64,000 nt of DNA from Polyangiaceae bacterium (lineage in GTDB: Bacteria > Myxococcota_A > Polyangia > Polyangiales > Polyangiaceae): positions 119,780 to 183,779 of the forward strand of contig JBILLK010000021.1 in the NCBI GenBank assembly GCA_044376115.1, read 5' to 3'. Positions 53,639-63,404 of the stretch are shown here, one piece after another. Each line of letters begins with the position of its first letter. Position 1 is the first letter of the stretch. A program made the position numbers and the translations under genes. Under the pieces are notes generated by a model. The model ran no database searches, was not told the DNA's origin, and saw only the letters and a list, made by a program, of their open reading frames with translations.

Positions 53639-54394
53639 TCAACTCGCAGCGGGCGGAGGTACGTGCGCTGGCAGCAGGCCTGGCTCGAGCGACTCCCGCT
53701 CGTCGAAGACGAAACAGTTACCGCGGTACCCGGGGGCGCCCTCCGTCTGTTCGAAGTAACGCAAGATGCCGCCCTCGAGTTGGTACGTCGATGATAGCCC
53801 CGCCTCGAGCATCAGCAGCGCTGCCTTCTCGCAGCGGATACCGCCGGTGCAATAGCTGACCACCGTCTTTCCCTCGAGCTCGCTGGCGTACGCCTCGAGC
53901 GCCGCGGGGAAGTCACTGAACTTGCGCAGCTTCCAATCGATCGCCCGCTCAAACGCGCCGAACTCGACCTCGAAGGCGTTGCGCGTATCGAGCATCACCA
54001 CCTCGCGACCCTCATCATCGTGACCTTGTGCGAGCCAGCGCGCGAGCGTGACCGGCGCAACCGAGGGCGCGCGCCCTTGTTGCGGCTGCACCGCCGGCCG
54101 ATTCATGCGGATGATCTCGCGTTTGATCTTCACCTTGAGCTTCTTGAACGGTTGCTCGTCGCTAAAGCTCTCCTTGGCGTCGAGACCAGCGAAGCGAGGA
54201 TCTTTGCGCAGACCAGCGAGCCAAGCGCGCACGGCCTCCGGCGGGCCAGCCAAAAACAGGTTGATACCCTCACTGGCCAGCAGCACCGTACCGCGTAGCC
54301 CAGCCGCTTCGGCCGCAGCCTTCAAGCGATCACGCAACGCTGGCAGATCCTCGAGCAGGACGAAGCGGTAGCTGGAGACGTTGAGACAGTGCAT
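53639..54394 (-). CDS. trhO: rhodanese-domain tRNA U34 hydroxylase (TrhO/YceA family, short form)
   Basis: LRGTVLLASEGIN, KLKVKIKREII, LDTRNAFE, YCTGGIRCEKA, YQLEGGILRY, CFVFDER. Confidence 0.85.
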   Translation of the reverse strand: MHCLNVSSYRFVLLEDLPALRDRLKAAAEAAGLRGTVLLASEGINLFLAGPPEAVRAWLAGLRKDPRFAGLDAKESFSDEQPFKKLKVKIKREIIRMNRPAVQPQQGRAPSVAPVTLARWLAQGHDDEGREVVMLDTRNAFEVEFGAFERAIDWKLRKFSDFPAALEAYASELEGKTVVSYCTGGIRCEKAALLMLEAGLSSTYQLEGGILRYFEQTEGAPGYRGNCFVFDERESLEPGLLPAHVPPPAAS

Positions 54395-54449
54395 GCCCGC
54401 CCGACGTCGCCAAACTACCTTGCGCCGTCAAGCGCTACCGTACGGCGCG

Positions 54450-55208
54450 CTAACGCGCGCACTCGCTGTCCTTCGACATCTCGCGCGTACAGGCCTTGGG
54501 GTTGGGCGCGTGTTCGGCCAGGCACTTGTCCTCGCATGAAGAACTTGCGCTCGAGGATTGGCAGCCAATCAAGCACGCCGCTGTCTCGCCTCCACATTGG
54601 TTGAGCGCGGCAGCGTCCGGACACGAGTAATAAGCACCGTTGATGCAGCAACGCGCCGACGCTGTGACTTCGCCCGTTGCCCCTGCATCACCGCCGCTCG
54701 CCCGGCCTTGCGAGGTGCGCGCCTGCACCGAATCCAGCATATCGAGCAGGGCGGCCGGGTTCGGCTTGTTGCCCGACTTTTCCTCGGCTGCCTCTGCTGC
54801 GGCCTCACGTTCGGCCTTTTCGCGCGCAGCCACCCGCGCGCTCTCCTCATCACGCAGCGCGCGCTTCTCTGCTCGCTTCCAGATCTCCCGAGCGCGCTTT
54901 TCACCCGCGGCTCTGCGTTCTTCCAGTTCAGCCGGCGGCAACTCTTTACCGTCCAGCACGTCGACGATCAGCACCAACCCTTTGGAGGTCGCCTTGAAAT
55001 GCACGCGCAACGATTCATCTAGGTCGAAGCGGCAGAAGGCCTCCTCTTTGCAGATCGGCTTGAAGCCCTCGGCGGCGATCTCCGCCTCGAGCGCCGGGAT
55101 GGTGGCCTCGGCGTCACCAGCGTAAGCGAGCGTTGAAGTGGTACGGGCGCCGCTGCATGCCATCGCAAACAGGGCCAGGGCGGAGGCGCTAAGCCATCGT
55201 GAAGCCAT
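54450..55208 (-). CDS. Cys-rich lipoprotein
   Basis: AMAC lipobox; CCINGAYYSC and further Cys at the C-terminus. Confidence 0.7.
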   Translation of the reverse strand: MASRWLSASALALFAMACSGARTTSTLAYAGDAEATIPALEAEIAAEGFKPICKEEAFCRFDLDESLRVHFKATSKGLVLIVDVLDGKELPPAELEERRAAGEKRAREIWKRAEKRALRDEESARVAAREKAEREAAAEAAEEKSGNKPNPAALLDMLDSVQARTSQGRASGGDAGATGEVTASARCCINGAYYSCPDAAALNQCGGETAACLIGCQSSSASSSCEDKCLAEHAPNPKACTREMSKDSECAR

Positions 55209-55338
55209 AGGTTCTCAATCCTCTATTCGATAAAAAGGGGTACGGCAGCAAACGGACCGAGCCGCTGCGTGATTCAAAGCCACGCACCAAGAGCAGCTTT
55301 CCGACCTCGAGCGGCGCGACGTAGGTACATTGCAGCCG

Positions 55339-56718
55339 ATGACCCAGTCGGCCTCGAACTCTGCCCCCGACCCGACGATTCGCCGCGTGATCGCGGCCGC
55401 CTCACTCGGCACCTTGTTCGAGTGGTACGACTTCTACCTGTACGGCAGCTTGGCGGTCTTCTTCGGCAGCAAGTTCTTTCCCGCCGGCAATGAAACAGCG
55501 CAGCTCCTGGCGAGCCTCGCGACCTTTGGGGCTGGCTTCGGCGTCAGACCCTTGGGCGCGCTCGTATTTGGGCACGTAGGCGACCTCGTCGGGCGCAAGT
55601 ACACCTTCTTGATCACGATGACGGTGATGGGCCTGGGCACCGCGCTGATCGGTCTCTTGCCCAGTTACGAGAGCTGGGGCCTTTGGTCGACGGCGCTCTT
55701 GGTCGCGTTGCGGCTGCTCCAAGGGTTAGCGCTAGGCGGAGAGTACGGCGGCGCCGCAACCTACGTAGCGGAGCACGTTCCCGACGAGCGGCGCGGCTAC
55801 TACACGAGCTTCATCCAAACCACGGCGACGCTCGGCTTCTTCGTCAGCATGGGGATCATCGGCACCGCGCGGCTCTTGCTTGGTGAAGAGGCCTTCAAAC
55901 TTTGGGGCTGGCGAATCCCCTTCTTACTCTCGTTCTTCTTGCTCGCGGTCTCGGTCTATATCCGGCTCAAGATGAGCGAGTCACCGCTCTTTACTCGGCT
56001 CAAAGCGGCAGGCCACATCTCGAAGAACCCACTGAAGGAGAGCTTCACCAACCCGCTCAACCTTCGTTATGTGCTTATCGCCCTGTTCGGCGCGACGGCG
56101 GGCCAAGGCGTGGTTTGGTACACAGGCCAGTTCTACACGCTCACCTTCATGATGACGGCGCTCAAGCTCGAGTGGACGACGTCCTATCTGCTGCTCTCGA
56201 TAGCGCTGCTCCTGACGACGCCGCTATTTGTCTACTTCGGAGCGCTCTCGGATCGCATCGGCAGAAAGAAGATCATTCTTGGTGGCTGTCTACTCGGAGG
56301 GCTTACCTACATACCCATCTTCATGGCGATGAAGTACCTAGCGCAGAATTTGTCCGGCCTCGCCTATGTGGCCATGGTCGGGCTACTGGCCCTTCAGATG
56401 GTTTATGTATGTATGGTTTACGGCCCTATCGCCGCGTTCCTGGTCGAGCTCTTTCCGACCAATATTCGCTATACATCCATGTCCCTCCCCTATCACTTAG
56501 GCAACGGCTGGTTTGGCGGCTTTCTCCCGCTGATCGCCACAGCGCTAACCACCAGTGATTGGGCGCAATCGCAGTTCGGCCAAGGGGCGATCTACACCGG
56601 CCTGATGTACCCGATCGCTGTGAGCCTGTTGACCGTGGCGATCGGTGGCTACTTCATCCGCGAGACCCAAGGCCACAAGCTCGAGGCGGTGGTTCAGCTT
56701 GGCTCTCGGAGCGGGTGA
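55339..56718 (+). CDS. MFS transporter, metabolite:H+ symporter (MHS) family
   Basis: GTLFEWYDFYLY, RPLGALVFGHVGDLVGRK, LQGLALGGEYGGA, WGWRIPF, LSDRIGRK, ELFPTNIRY. Confidence 0.95.
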   Translation: MTQSASNSAPDPTIRRVIAAASLGTLFEWYDFYLYGSLAVFFGSKFFPAGNETAQLLASLATFGAGFGVRPLGALVFGHVGDLVGRKYTFLITMTVMGLGTALIGLLPSYESWGLWSTALLVALRLLQGLALGGEYGGAATYVAEHVPDERRGYYTSFIQTTATLGFFVSMGIIGTARLLLGEEAFKLWGWRIPFLLSFFLLAVSVYIRLKMSESPLFTRLKAAGHISKNPLKESFTNPLNLRYVLIALFGATAGQGVVWYTGQFYTLTFMMTALKLEWTTSYLLLSIALLLTTPLFVYFGALSDRIGRKKIILGGCLLGGLTYIPIFMAMKYLAQNLSGLAYVAMVGLLALQMVYVCMVYGPIAAFLVELFPTNIRYTSMSLPYHLGNGWFGGFLPLIATALTTSDWAQSQFGQGAIYTGLMYPIAVSLLTVAIGGYFIRETQGHKLEAVVQLGSRSG

Positions 56719-56738
56719 AGCCCACGCGAAGAACCGCG

Positions 56739-57230
56739 CTACTTCTTATTTGGCGTCTTCGGTTTGGCTGGCTTCTTCGTCACCGGCTTTGCGGCCTTCC
56801 CCGTCCCAAGCCCGCTGAGCGAACCGCCACCGACGGCGGCTCCACCGCCGCGCCCCACGGCTCCGTTACCACCCAGGCCGCCCAAATCGCTGTCCCACGG
56901 ACGGTTCGCCGAGCTACCGAGATCGAGCAGCCCGCTGGGCCGGCTCACCATCTCCTCGTACTTCAGCCGGTCCTCCGTCCGCTTGCGCTCGGTAGCTTCA
57001 TGGTGTTCGCGCAGCCCCGCCGACATCGCGCTCGCCAGCTCGAGATCGCTCTCGGCGCGCGGCTCGGCCAGCACCGGCGGCGGGGCGGGCGGGCTGGGCA
57101 CCTGCGGCTCGGGCGCCACGACCTGCGCCTTGGGCACCTCCGGCTTCGGCACGACCGCCTCCGACGCGCAGCCAACAGCAAAGACCAGCGCTAGCGCGAC
57201 TGCAGCTTTCACCGCTTGGAGATACCACAT
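56739..57230 (-). CDS. hypothetical lipoprotein
   Basis: AVGC lipobox; TAATG overlap with the upstream gene. Confidence 0.55.
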   Translation of the reverse strand: MWYLQAVKAAVALALVFAVGCASEAVVPKPEVPKAQVVAPEPQVPSPPAPPPVLAEPRAESDLELASAMSAGLREHHEATERKRTEDRLKYEEMVSRPSGLLDLGSSANRPWDSDLGGLGGNGAVGRGGGAAVGGGSLSGLGTGKAAKPVTKKPAKPKTPNKK

Positions 57231-60200
57231 TACTTCACCAGGCACACGAGCCGGCCAGCCTTCGCAGCGCATACGCGGTCACCGAGCAGCAGCAGTCCGG
57301 TCGTATTCGCGAGGCCGCGCATGAGCGTTGGCAGCAGGTGGTCGGCGTGCGCGAAGTGGCCCCAACAGTAGACGCCTTCCTCTCCGCCAGCCGGCATGGC
57401 TCGAACGCAGGTGCCAGCATCGCTTGCGGCGAGCTCGCTCGCGTTCACGACCCTATCGAGGGGGCCAAGCGTTTGTCGGTCATCGCTCGTTCCGTCGCCC
57501 AGCTGTGCGGCCCGACCAGCACAGGAGACCCGGCCGTCCCTGCCGAGCACACACAGGTGCGACCTCCCCATCGCAAAGGACGCCACCTTGGACGCGATAG
57601 CGACGGGGTTGGGGCTCTCGCTCGAGGTCCAACACACGAACTCGCCGGCCGTGGTCAGCGCACAGGCTTTGGCTGACTGCACCGCGAAGGAGGTCACCCC
57701 GCTCAAGATCTCCTTCGGCGCCGTAACGACCGCAACGGGATCCCGGGTCATTCGGCCCCAACAGCTGAGCTTGCCGCCCGCATGCAGCGCGCAGCCGTAA
57801 TCACCGCCAAGGCTGACCCGCACCGCGTCGCTGATGTTTGGCACCACTACAGGCTTCTCTTCCGCGAGGAACTGGTAAGGCTTCGAGCCCGGCTTCTCGG
57901 GGACTCCGAGCACCCCGCCGCGCGTCGTTCCCCAGCAGCGCACCTTGCCGGCCGGAGCCTCGGTGATCGCGCACGTCGACGCAAAGTTCGTCGCGAGCGA
58001 AAGGACCGAAGCGAGCGCAGGGTGCTTCGCGTTCGGGTTGCTCCATTCGACCGTCCCATCGTCTTTGATGAAATCGCGCCCAGCGTAGTCGCCCGTAGAC
58101 CAGCGCGACGCGAGCGTTGGTTGCGCGTCCTGCGCTTTGGCGAGGTGCGCGGAGGCTGGCTGCTTCGCCGCCGCGTCGACGTCCCAAAGCAGCACGGTCG
58201 TGTCGGCGGAGCCTGAGGCGAGCACGCCCTCCGCTGAGAACGCGAGCGACGTCACGGCCTCGGTGTGGCCCGAGAGCTGCGCGAGGAACTTCACATTGGC
58301 GCCGTTCGACTCGCTGCGCTCCCACACATAGACGTCGTTGCCCGCGGCCCCCGCGATGCGACGTTGGTCCTTGCTGACCGCGAGCGCTGAACAGCAACCG
58401 CCGGTGCCGACCTTGTACAGCTCCTTCATCGTCGGCAGCGAGACCACGCGAGCGCCTCGATAGGCGTCCCATTGCAGCAGCTGATCTTCCCCGAAGAACT
58501 GCAGCTGGTCGTCGGAGTCGGGGAGCGTTGCCTCCAGCTCGAGCGTTTCAGCGTTGCGGAGCTGAACCTCGGTCTGCGTGTCTTTGCGCACTTGAACCGC
58601 GACGCGCGAGCCGCCGGGCGAAACCACGACGCCGCTGGTAGACCCTCCGACCAGGACCGAGGCGACCAACGCCCCAGCGGCAGTCGTGTCACGCTTCTCG
58701 AGCTCGGCAGCCTCATAGTCGCTCGTACCAACGAACAGCCGCGCTCCGTCGCTCGACAGCGCGAGGTTGCGCGCGCTCAGCGCGTCCTTGATCTCGGTCA
58801 CTTCCTTACCGCGCACGATCAGCGTCGGGTAGCCGTCCACTGCCAGCACGCCCGCGTCGCGCGCCGCGCGGAAGTCACGAGCGCGGAGCGCGGGCTTCGC
58901 CAGCTCCTCGCAACTCGCCGTATCCCAGAAATGCAGCGAGCCATCTGCTGACGCCAGCGCCTCTCCGTTCGGCAGGAACGAGAGCGCCGCGACGCGCTCC
59001 ACGTGACCTTGGACCTCCTCCGTCGACAAGTGCACGACCGAGCCGGTGTGCGCGAGTTCGTAGGCGCCATTCTGGCTCCGAAACGCAAACGCCTTCGTTG
59101 GGCTGGTTACACCGGTCGCGAGATCGATCAAGGTTCCGCCGCGCCGAGCGCTGCGGCCGTCGTTGAGCATCTCGAGCGCGCCAGCCGCACCCATGTAGTC
59201 GACGCTGAACGGGTCACTGGCGGCCTTCGATATCTGCTCCTCCTTGCCGCTCGCAACGTCGATCGAAGTGAAGGTACCAAGCTCCAAGCGATAGACCGTC
59301 GCGCCGTCGAGCGAGAGCCCGTGCGATGCGTAGGAATGCTCGCGGGTCCTGCGAGGCGGAAGAGCGGAGGGGTCGCTTGGGACCTCCGGTTTCTCGAGCG
59401 CGTAGTTCTTGGTGACGAGCTTCGCCCCGGTGTTGAGGTTGATCACCGAGATCCCGAGGGAGCTTGCGTCTGAGCCGAGCAGCAAGGGGACATCCCTACT
59501 ACCTGGCTCCTGCAACGAGACCAGGGCGCGGGAGCCGTCCCGGCTCAAGCCAACTAGCTTCGCGTCTGGGACCTTGAGGGTCTTGAGTCGCTTTCCGCTC
59601 GACCCGTCGATCACATGCAAGGCTCCAAACGAGGTGCTGACGACGACGCGGCTTCCATCCGCCGAGAACTCGACGTCGTTGATGTACTCGGAGCGCCTGC
59701 TGGGTCCGCTGAAGTTGAGCAACGTCGCTACGCGCGGCTTGGACTGCTGCTTGGGTTTGGTTAGCTCGATCTTGGTCGAGCCGAGGCTCTTACCCGAAGG
59801 GACGGCGAACAGCTCCATCACCTCGTTCGAGTGATGGACCATCAGCTTCGTTGCGTCGGGAGCGAACACCGCGCGCCGCGCCTGCGGCAACCTCGCGACC
59901 ACCTCGTTCGTGCGCAACTCGACGAGCTCGGTGTTGTTGCGGAAGGCGTAGATGGTGCCCGCATCGGTGACAGCGAGCGGCGCGCGCTCCGAAAGCCTCA
60001 TCGACGTCGTACCGCAACGCGCGATCGCCCCGCTCGGCAGCGGCTCGCTCGCCGACGGCTCGTACGCCGAACCTGCGACCCGCGGCTTCACCGCTGGCCC
60101 CTCCTCAACCACCGGAGCCGCGCTCGCGGAGGCGCTCGCCACCGCGCGCTCGGTCTTCACCGTCTTCGGCGTGAGCGCCACGTCGGCGGGGGCACCGCAG

Positions 60201-60247
60201 GACGCCGCGAGGATCGACACGAGGGCGGTCAGCGACAAGGCTCTCAT
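57230..60247 (-). CDS. WD40-repeat + RCC1-repeat lipoprotein
   Basis: AASC lipobox; GHTEAVTSLAFS..LASGSADTTVLLWD (WD40); repeated TCA..G.V.CWG (RCC1-like). Confidence 0.85.
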   Translation of the reverse strand: MRALSLTALVSILAASCGAPADVALTPKTVKTERAVASASASAAPVVEEGPAVKPRVAGSAYEPSASEPLPSGAIARCGTTSMRLSERAPLAVTDAGTIYAFRNNTELVELRTNEVVARLPQARRAVFAPDATKLMVHHSNEVMELFAVPSGKSLGSTKIELTKPKQQSKPRVATLLNFSGPSRRSEYINDVEFSADGSRVVVSTSFGALHVIDGSSGKRLKTLKVPDAKLVGLSRDGSRALVSLQEPGSRDVPLLLGSDASSLGISVINLNTGAKLVTKNYALEKPEVPSDPSALPPRRTREHSYASHGLSLDGATVYRLELGTFTSIDVASGKEEQISKAASDPFSVDYMGAAGALEMLNDGRSARRGGTLIDLATGVTSPTKAFAFRSQNGAYELAHTGSVVHLSTEEVQGHVERVAALSFLPNGEALASADGSLHFWDTASCEELAKPALRARDFRAARDAGVLAVDGYPTLIVRGKEVTEIKDALSARNLALSSDGARLFVGTSDYEAAELEKRDTTAAGALVASVLVGGSTSGVVVSPGGSRVAVQVRKDTQTEVQLRNAETLELEATLPDSDDQLQFFGEDQLLQWDAYRGARVVSLPTMKELYKVGTGGCCSALAVSKDQRRIAGAAGNDVYVWERSESNGANVKFLAQLSGHTEAVTSLAFSAEGVLASGSADTTVLLWDVDAAAKQPASAHLAKAQDAQPTLASRWSTGDYAGRDFIKDDGTVEWSNPNAKHPALASVLSLATNFASTCAITEAPAGKVRCWGTTRGGVLGVPEKPGSKPYQFLAEEKPVVVPNISDAVRVSLGGDYGCALHAGGKLSCWGRMTRDPVAVVTAPKEILSGVTSFAVQSAKACALTTAGEFVCWTSSESPNPVAIASKVASFAMGRSHLCVLGRDGRVSCAGRAAQLGDGTSDDRQTLGPLDRVVNASELAASDAGTCVRAMPAGGEEGVYCWGHFAHADHLLPTLMRGLANTTGLLLLGDRVCAAKAGRLVCLVK

Positions 60248-60289
60248 CGGCTCGACTTACGCTTGGACTGCGAGCGGAACAAGCCGTGA

Positions 60290-61054
60290 TTACGACGCGA
60301 GGAGCTCCACCATCCGCTCCCCGACCCCCTTCGCCGAGGCTGGGTTCTGCCCCGTCACGAGCCGTTCACTCACGATCACGTTCGCCTCCCAGTTGGGCCC
60401 GGGCACATGCTCCGCGCCGCGTTCGACCAAGGTCGAGGCCAACAGGAACGGGACCACCTTCTCGAGCTTCACCGCCGTCTCCTCGGCGTTGGTGAAGGCT
60501 GCGACCTTCTTACCCTCCACCAAGTGTTTACCGCTCGAGAGCTTGACGTTCACGAGCCCTGCGGGGCCGTGACAAACCGCGCCGACCACGCCCCCCGCCT
60601 CGTAGATCTGCGCCGCGAGCTTCGCCAGCGCCGCGTTGTCCGGGAAGTCCCACATCGTGCCGTGGCCGCCTGCGTAGAAGATCGCTCGGTAGGCAGCCGC
60701 ATCGACCTCGGTCGGCTTCACACTGGCGTCGAGCTTCTTCATCGCCGCGGCGTCCTCGAGGAAAGCCTTCTGGCTCGCGTCCTTGAGATCGACGCCGTCG
60801 AGCGGCGGGCGGCCTCCCTTGGGCGAGGTGAAGTCCACCTCGAACCCAGCCGCGCGGAATACCTCGTAGGGGTGGGCTACCTCGGGCAAGTAGGCGCCAG
60901 TGCTCTCGCCGGTGTTGCCCTTCTTGTCGTGGCTCGTGACAACAAACAGGACCTTCTTGCTCATGGCCTTCTCCGATCGCGCTTGGGGTTTCGTGCAGGC
61001 GGCGAGCAGCGTAGCTGCAGCGCCCTCGAGAAATCGTTTGCGTGAGAACTTCAT
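60290..61054 (-). CDS. DJ-1/PfpI (Hsp31-like) class I glutamine amidotransferase-like protein
   Basis: EVAHPY, SPKGG, YAGGHGTMWD, AVCHGP, LVTGQNPAS; alternative start at 60964. Confidence 0.92.
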   Translation of the reverse strand: MKFSRKRFLEGAAATLLAACTKPQARSEKAMSKKVLFVVTSHDKKGNTGESTGAYLPEVAHPYEVFRAAGFEVDFTSPKGGRPPLDGVDLKDASQKAFLEDAAAMKKLDASVKPTEVDAAAYRAIFYAGGHGTMWDFPDNAALAKLAAQIYEAGGVVGAVCHGPAGLVNVKLSSGKHLVEGKKVAAFTNAEETAVKLEKVVPFLLASTLVERGAEHVPGPNWEANVIVSERLVTGQNPASAKGVGERMVELLAS

Positions 61055-61112
61055 CGCTGTGCCTTCACTTCAATGCGTGTTGACCAGGCTCAATCTAGTC
61101 CCCGGTTGGAGT

Positions 61113-61135
61113 TTGATAATGGGCCACATTATCAA
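61113..61135. promoter_or_regulatory. dyad operator in the divergent DJ-1/LysR promoter
   Basis: TTGATAATG-N5-CATTATCAA, a perfect 9-bp inverted repeat in an AT-rich intergenic region. Confidence 0.65.
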
Positions 61136-61159
61136 TTCATTTATGATTCCTAGTTACAA

Positions 61160-62077
61160 ATGAACTCCCCGGCCCTGCGAGCGATCGAGGTCTTTTGCGC
61201 CGCCGTTGAGGCGAGGTCTTTCACCGCAGCCGCGCATCAGCTGGGGCTGACGCCAGCGGCTGTCTCCCGGGCGATCGCTCAGCATGAGCGTGTGTTGGGC
61301 GTTCGGCTGTTCCGGCGCACCACGCGCAGCGTCTCGCTCACCGAGGAAGGGCAGGCCTACTTCGAGCCGTGTCGGCAGGCGCTCTCTCTGATCGAGGAGG
61401 CGGAGCGCAAGCTCTCGCACCGTCAAACAAAGCCGCGCGGTCGCGTGCGCATCAGCGTCCCCACCACCTACGGCCACAGTCGCGCGCTGCCGGTGATCGC
61501 ACGCTTCTCTGAACAACACCCCGACGTGGAGGTCGAGGCCCACGTCTCGAACCGCAACGTGGACTTCGTCGACGAAGGCTTCGATCTCGTGATTCGCGCC
61601 GGCGAGCTCGGGGACTCGACGCTGGTCGCGCGCAAGTTGGAAGACGCGACGCTGGGCGTCTTCGCGAGCCCCGCGTACCTCAAAGCCCACGGCACTCCCA
61701 AGAGCCCGGCGGAGCTCTCGCGGCATCGCGTGATCGGCTTCGTACGGCCGAGCACCGGACGCGTGCTCGAGCTCTCCTTCCAACACAAGGGCGCGTCGCC
61801 CTTCGAACTCGCGGTGAAACCGGCCATCCGCTGCTCGGACGACTTCCTCGGTTGCCTCACGCTCGCACGAGCCGGCGCGGGGCTGGTACAGGCTTTCCAC
61901 TTCCTGGCCGAGGGCGCGCTCGCAAGCGGAGAACTCGTCGAGGTGCTCAAGCCCTACGCCGGCCGCAGCCGACCGTTCACGCTGGTTCAACCATCGGGCC
62001 GGGTCCCGACCTTGGCTGCGCGGTTGCTCGGAGACGCGCTGTTCGCCAATGCGCAACGCTTCTCAAGCCGGCGCTGA
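61160..62077 (+). CDS. LysR-family transcriptional regulator
   Basis: SFTAAAHQLGLTPAAVSRAIAQHE..LGVRLFRRTTRSVSLTEEG; EGFDLVIR. Confidence 0.95.
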   Translation: MNSPALRAIEVFCAAVEARSFTAAAHQLGLTPAAVSRAIAQHERVLGVRLFRRTTRSVSLTEEGQAYFEPCRQALSLIEEAERKLSHRQTKPRGRVRISVPTTYGHSRALPVIARFSEQHPDVEVEAHVSNRNVDFVDEGFDLVIRAGELGDSTLVARKLEDATLGVFASPAYLKAHGTPKSPAELSRHRVIGFVRPSTGRVLELSFQHKGASPFELAVKPAIRCSDDFLGCLTLARAGAGLVQAFHFLAEGALASGELVEVLKPYAGRSRPFTLVQPSGRVPTLAARLLGDALFANAQRFSSRR

Positions 62078-62707
62078 AACCGGAGCGCGCAGGTACGCGA
62101 GCACCAACCGCTCGAGCTCGGCCTGCATCGTCTCGCGCGGCAGAGGCTCGGCCTTGGCCGTGACCACCCAACGATGCGTCAGCGTCTCCAGCAGCTCGAC
62201 CGTCACCCGCGCGCGGAGCTCCGGCTCGGCCAGCTGCGTCAGCCGCGGCAAGACCGCCGCGAGCGCTCGTGCGTGGTGGTCCTCCATCGCGCGCACGCGG
62301 CGGCGAATCGCCAACCCAAGCGGGACCTCCTCGAACAGCACGCGGTGAAGGCGCGGGTTCTCGGCGTGCAGCTCGATCATCGCGCTGACCATCGCCTTGA
62401 CCAACAGCTCGAGCGTGAGCTCGCAGTCCATTAGCGAGGTGGCGAGCGCCGCCAAGCGCGTCTCCGCCGCTTCCACGTGACGCAAGGCTAGCGCCGCAGC
62501 GAGGGCCTCCTTGCTCGGGAAGTACTCATACAAGCTGCCGATCGAAACGCCGGCTCGCGCCGCGATGTGGTTGGTGGTGGTGCCGGCCCAGCCGCGCGCG
62601 GCCAAAACCCGAGCAGTCGCCAGCAGCAGCACCTCCACGGTGGCTTGGGAGCGCTGCTGGCGCGGCTTTCTGCGCGGTGAAATGGCTGTTCGAGCTGTTC
62701 GAGGCAT
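62063..62707 (-). CDS. TetR/AcrR-family transcriptional regulator
   Basis: PRQQRSQATV, TTNHIAARAGVSIGSLYEYFPSKEAL. Confidence 0.93.
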   Translation of the reverse strand: MPRTARTAISPRRKPRQQRSQATVEVLLLATARVLAARGWAGTTTNHIAARAGVSIGSLYEYFPSKEALAAALALRHVEAAETRLAALATSLMDCELTLELLVKAMVSAMIELHAENPRLHRVLFEEVPLGLAIRRRVRAMEDHHARALAAVLPRLTQLAEPELRARVTVELLETLTHRWVVTAKAEPLPRETMQAELERLVLAYLRAPVSAPA

Positions 62708-62740
62708 GCGTCCTTGACTGAGCGGAAGCCGAGTAGCGTT

Positions 62741-62758
62741 TCCGAGCAATTGCTCGGA
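62741..62758. promoter_or_regulatory. perfect 18-bp palindrome, probable TetR operator
   Basis: TCCGAGCAATTGCTCGGA between the divergent TetR and methyltransferase starts. Confidence 0.7.
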
Positions 62759-62770
62759 TTCTTATTCAGC

Positions 62771-63400
62771 ATGAAGCTCGTCGCAACCATCGAAATCCTG
62801 GTCTTCTACTTCACGGCCTTCGGCCTGCGTTCGCTCTGGCAATGGCGCAAGACCGGGAAGACCGGCTTTGCCGGCGTGCGGCCAGGAGCCGGCTTTCTCG
62901 AGCGCGGCGCAGCCGCGTTGATGACGATCGCGCTCTTGCTCGCGCCCCTCGCGCCGTGGCTCGGTGCGCCACTGTGGACAGAGAGCGCGCGGCTCGGCCT
63001 CGGCATAGCCGCCGTAGGCATCGTGCTCACGCTGCTGGCCCAGCTGCAAATGGGCGCCTCTTGGCGCATCGGCGTGGACGAAAGCGAGCGCACCGAGCTC
63101 GTCACGACCGGCGTCTTTGCCTGGGTGCGCAACCCGATCTTCAGCGCCATGCTGCTCGCGTCCATTGGGCTCGCGCTGGCGGTGCCTACGCCGCTCGCCT
63201 TGCTGCTTCCGCTCCTGCTGCTGCTCGCGCTCGAACTTCAGGTGCGGCTCGTGGAGGAGCCGTATCTGCAGCGAACGCACGGTGTGCGTTATCGCGCTTG
63301 GGCAGCCGAAACCGGGCGATTTTTACCGCGGCTTGGCCAGTTCTCCGCAGCGAGGCGGAGCAGGGATCGAGCGCCGCAAAGACGCAGGCGTCTTGGATGA
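62771..63400 (+). CDS. isoprenylcysteine carboxyl methyltransferase (ICMT/PEMT)-family membrane protein
   Basis: QMGASWRIGVD, LVTTGVFAWVRNPIF, EEPYL..HG..Y, TGRFLP. Confidence 0.88.
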   Translation: MKLVATIEILVFYFTAFGLRSLWQWRKTGKTGFAGVRPGAGFLERGAAALMTIALLLAPLAPWLGAPLWTESARLGLGIAAVGIVLTLLAQLQMGASWRIGVDESERTELVTTGVFAWVRNPIFSAMLLASIGLALAVPTPLALLLPLLLLLALELQVRLVEEPYLQRTHGVRYRAWAAETGRFLPRLGQFSAARRSRDRAPQRRRRLG

Positions 63401-63404
63401 TGAC

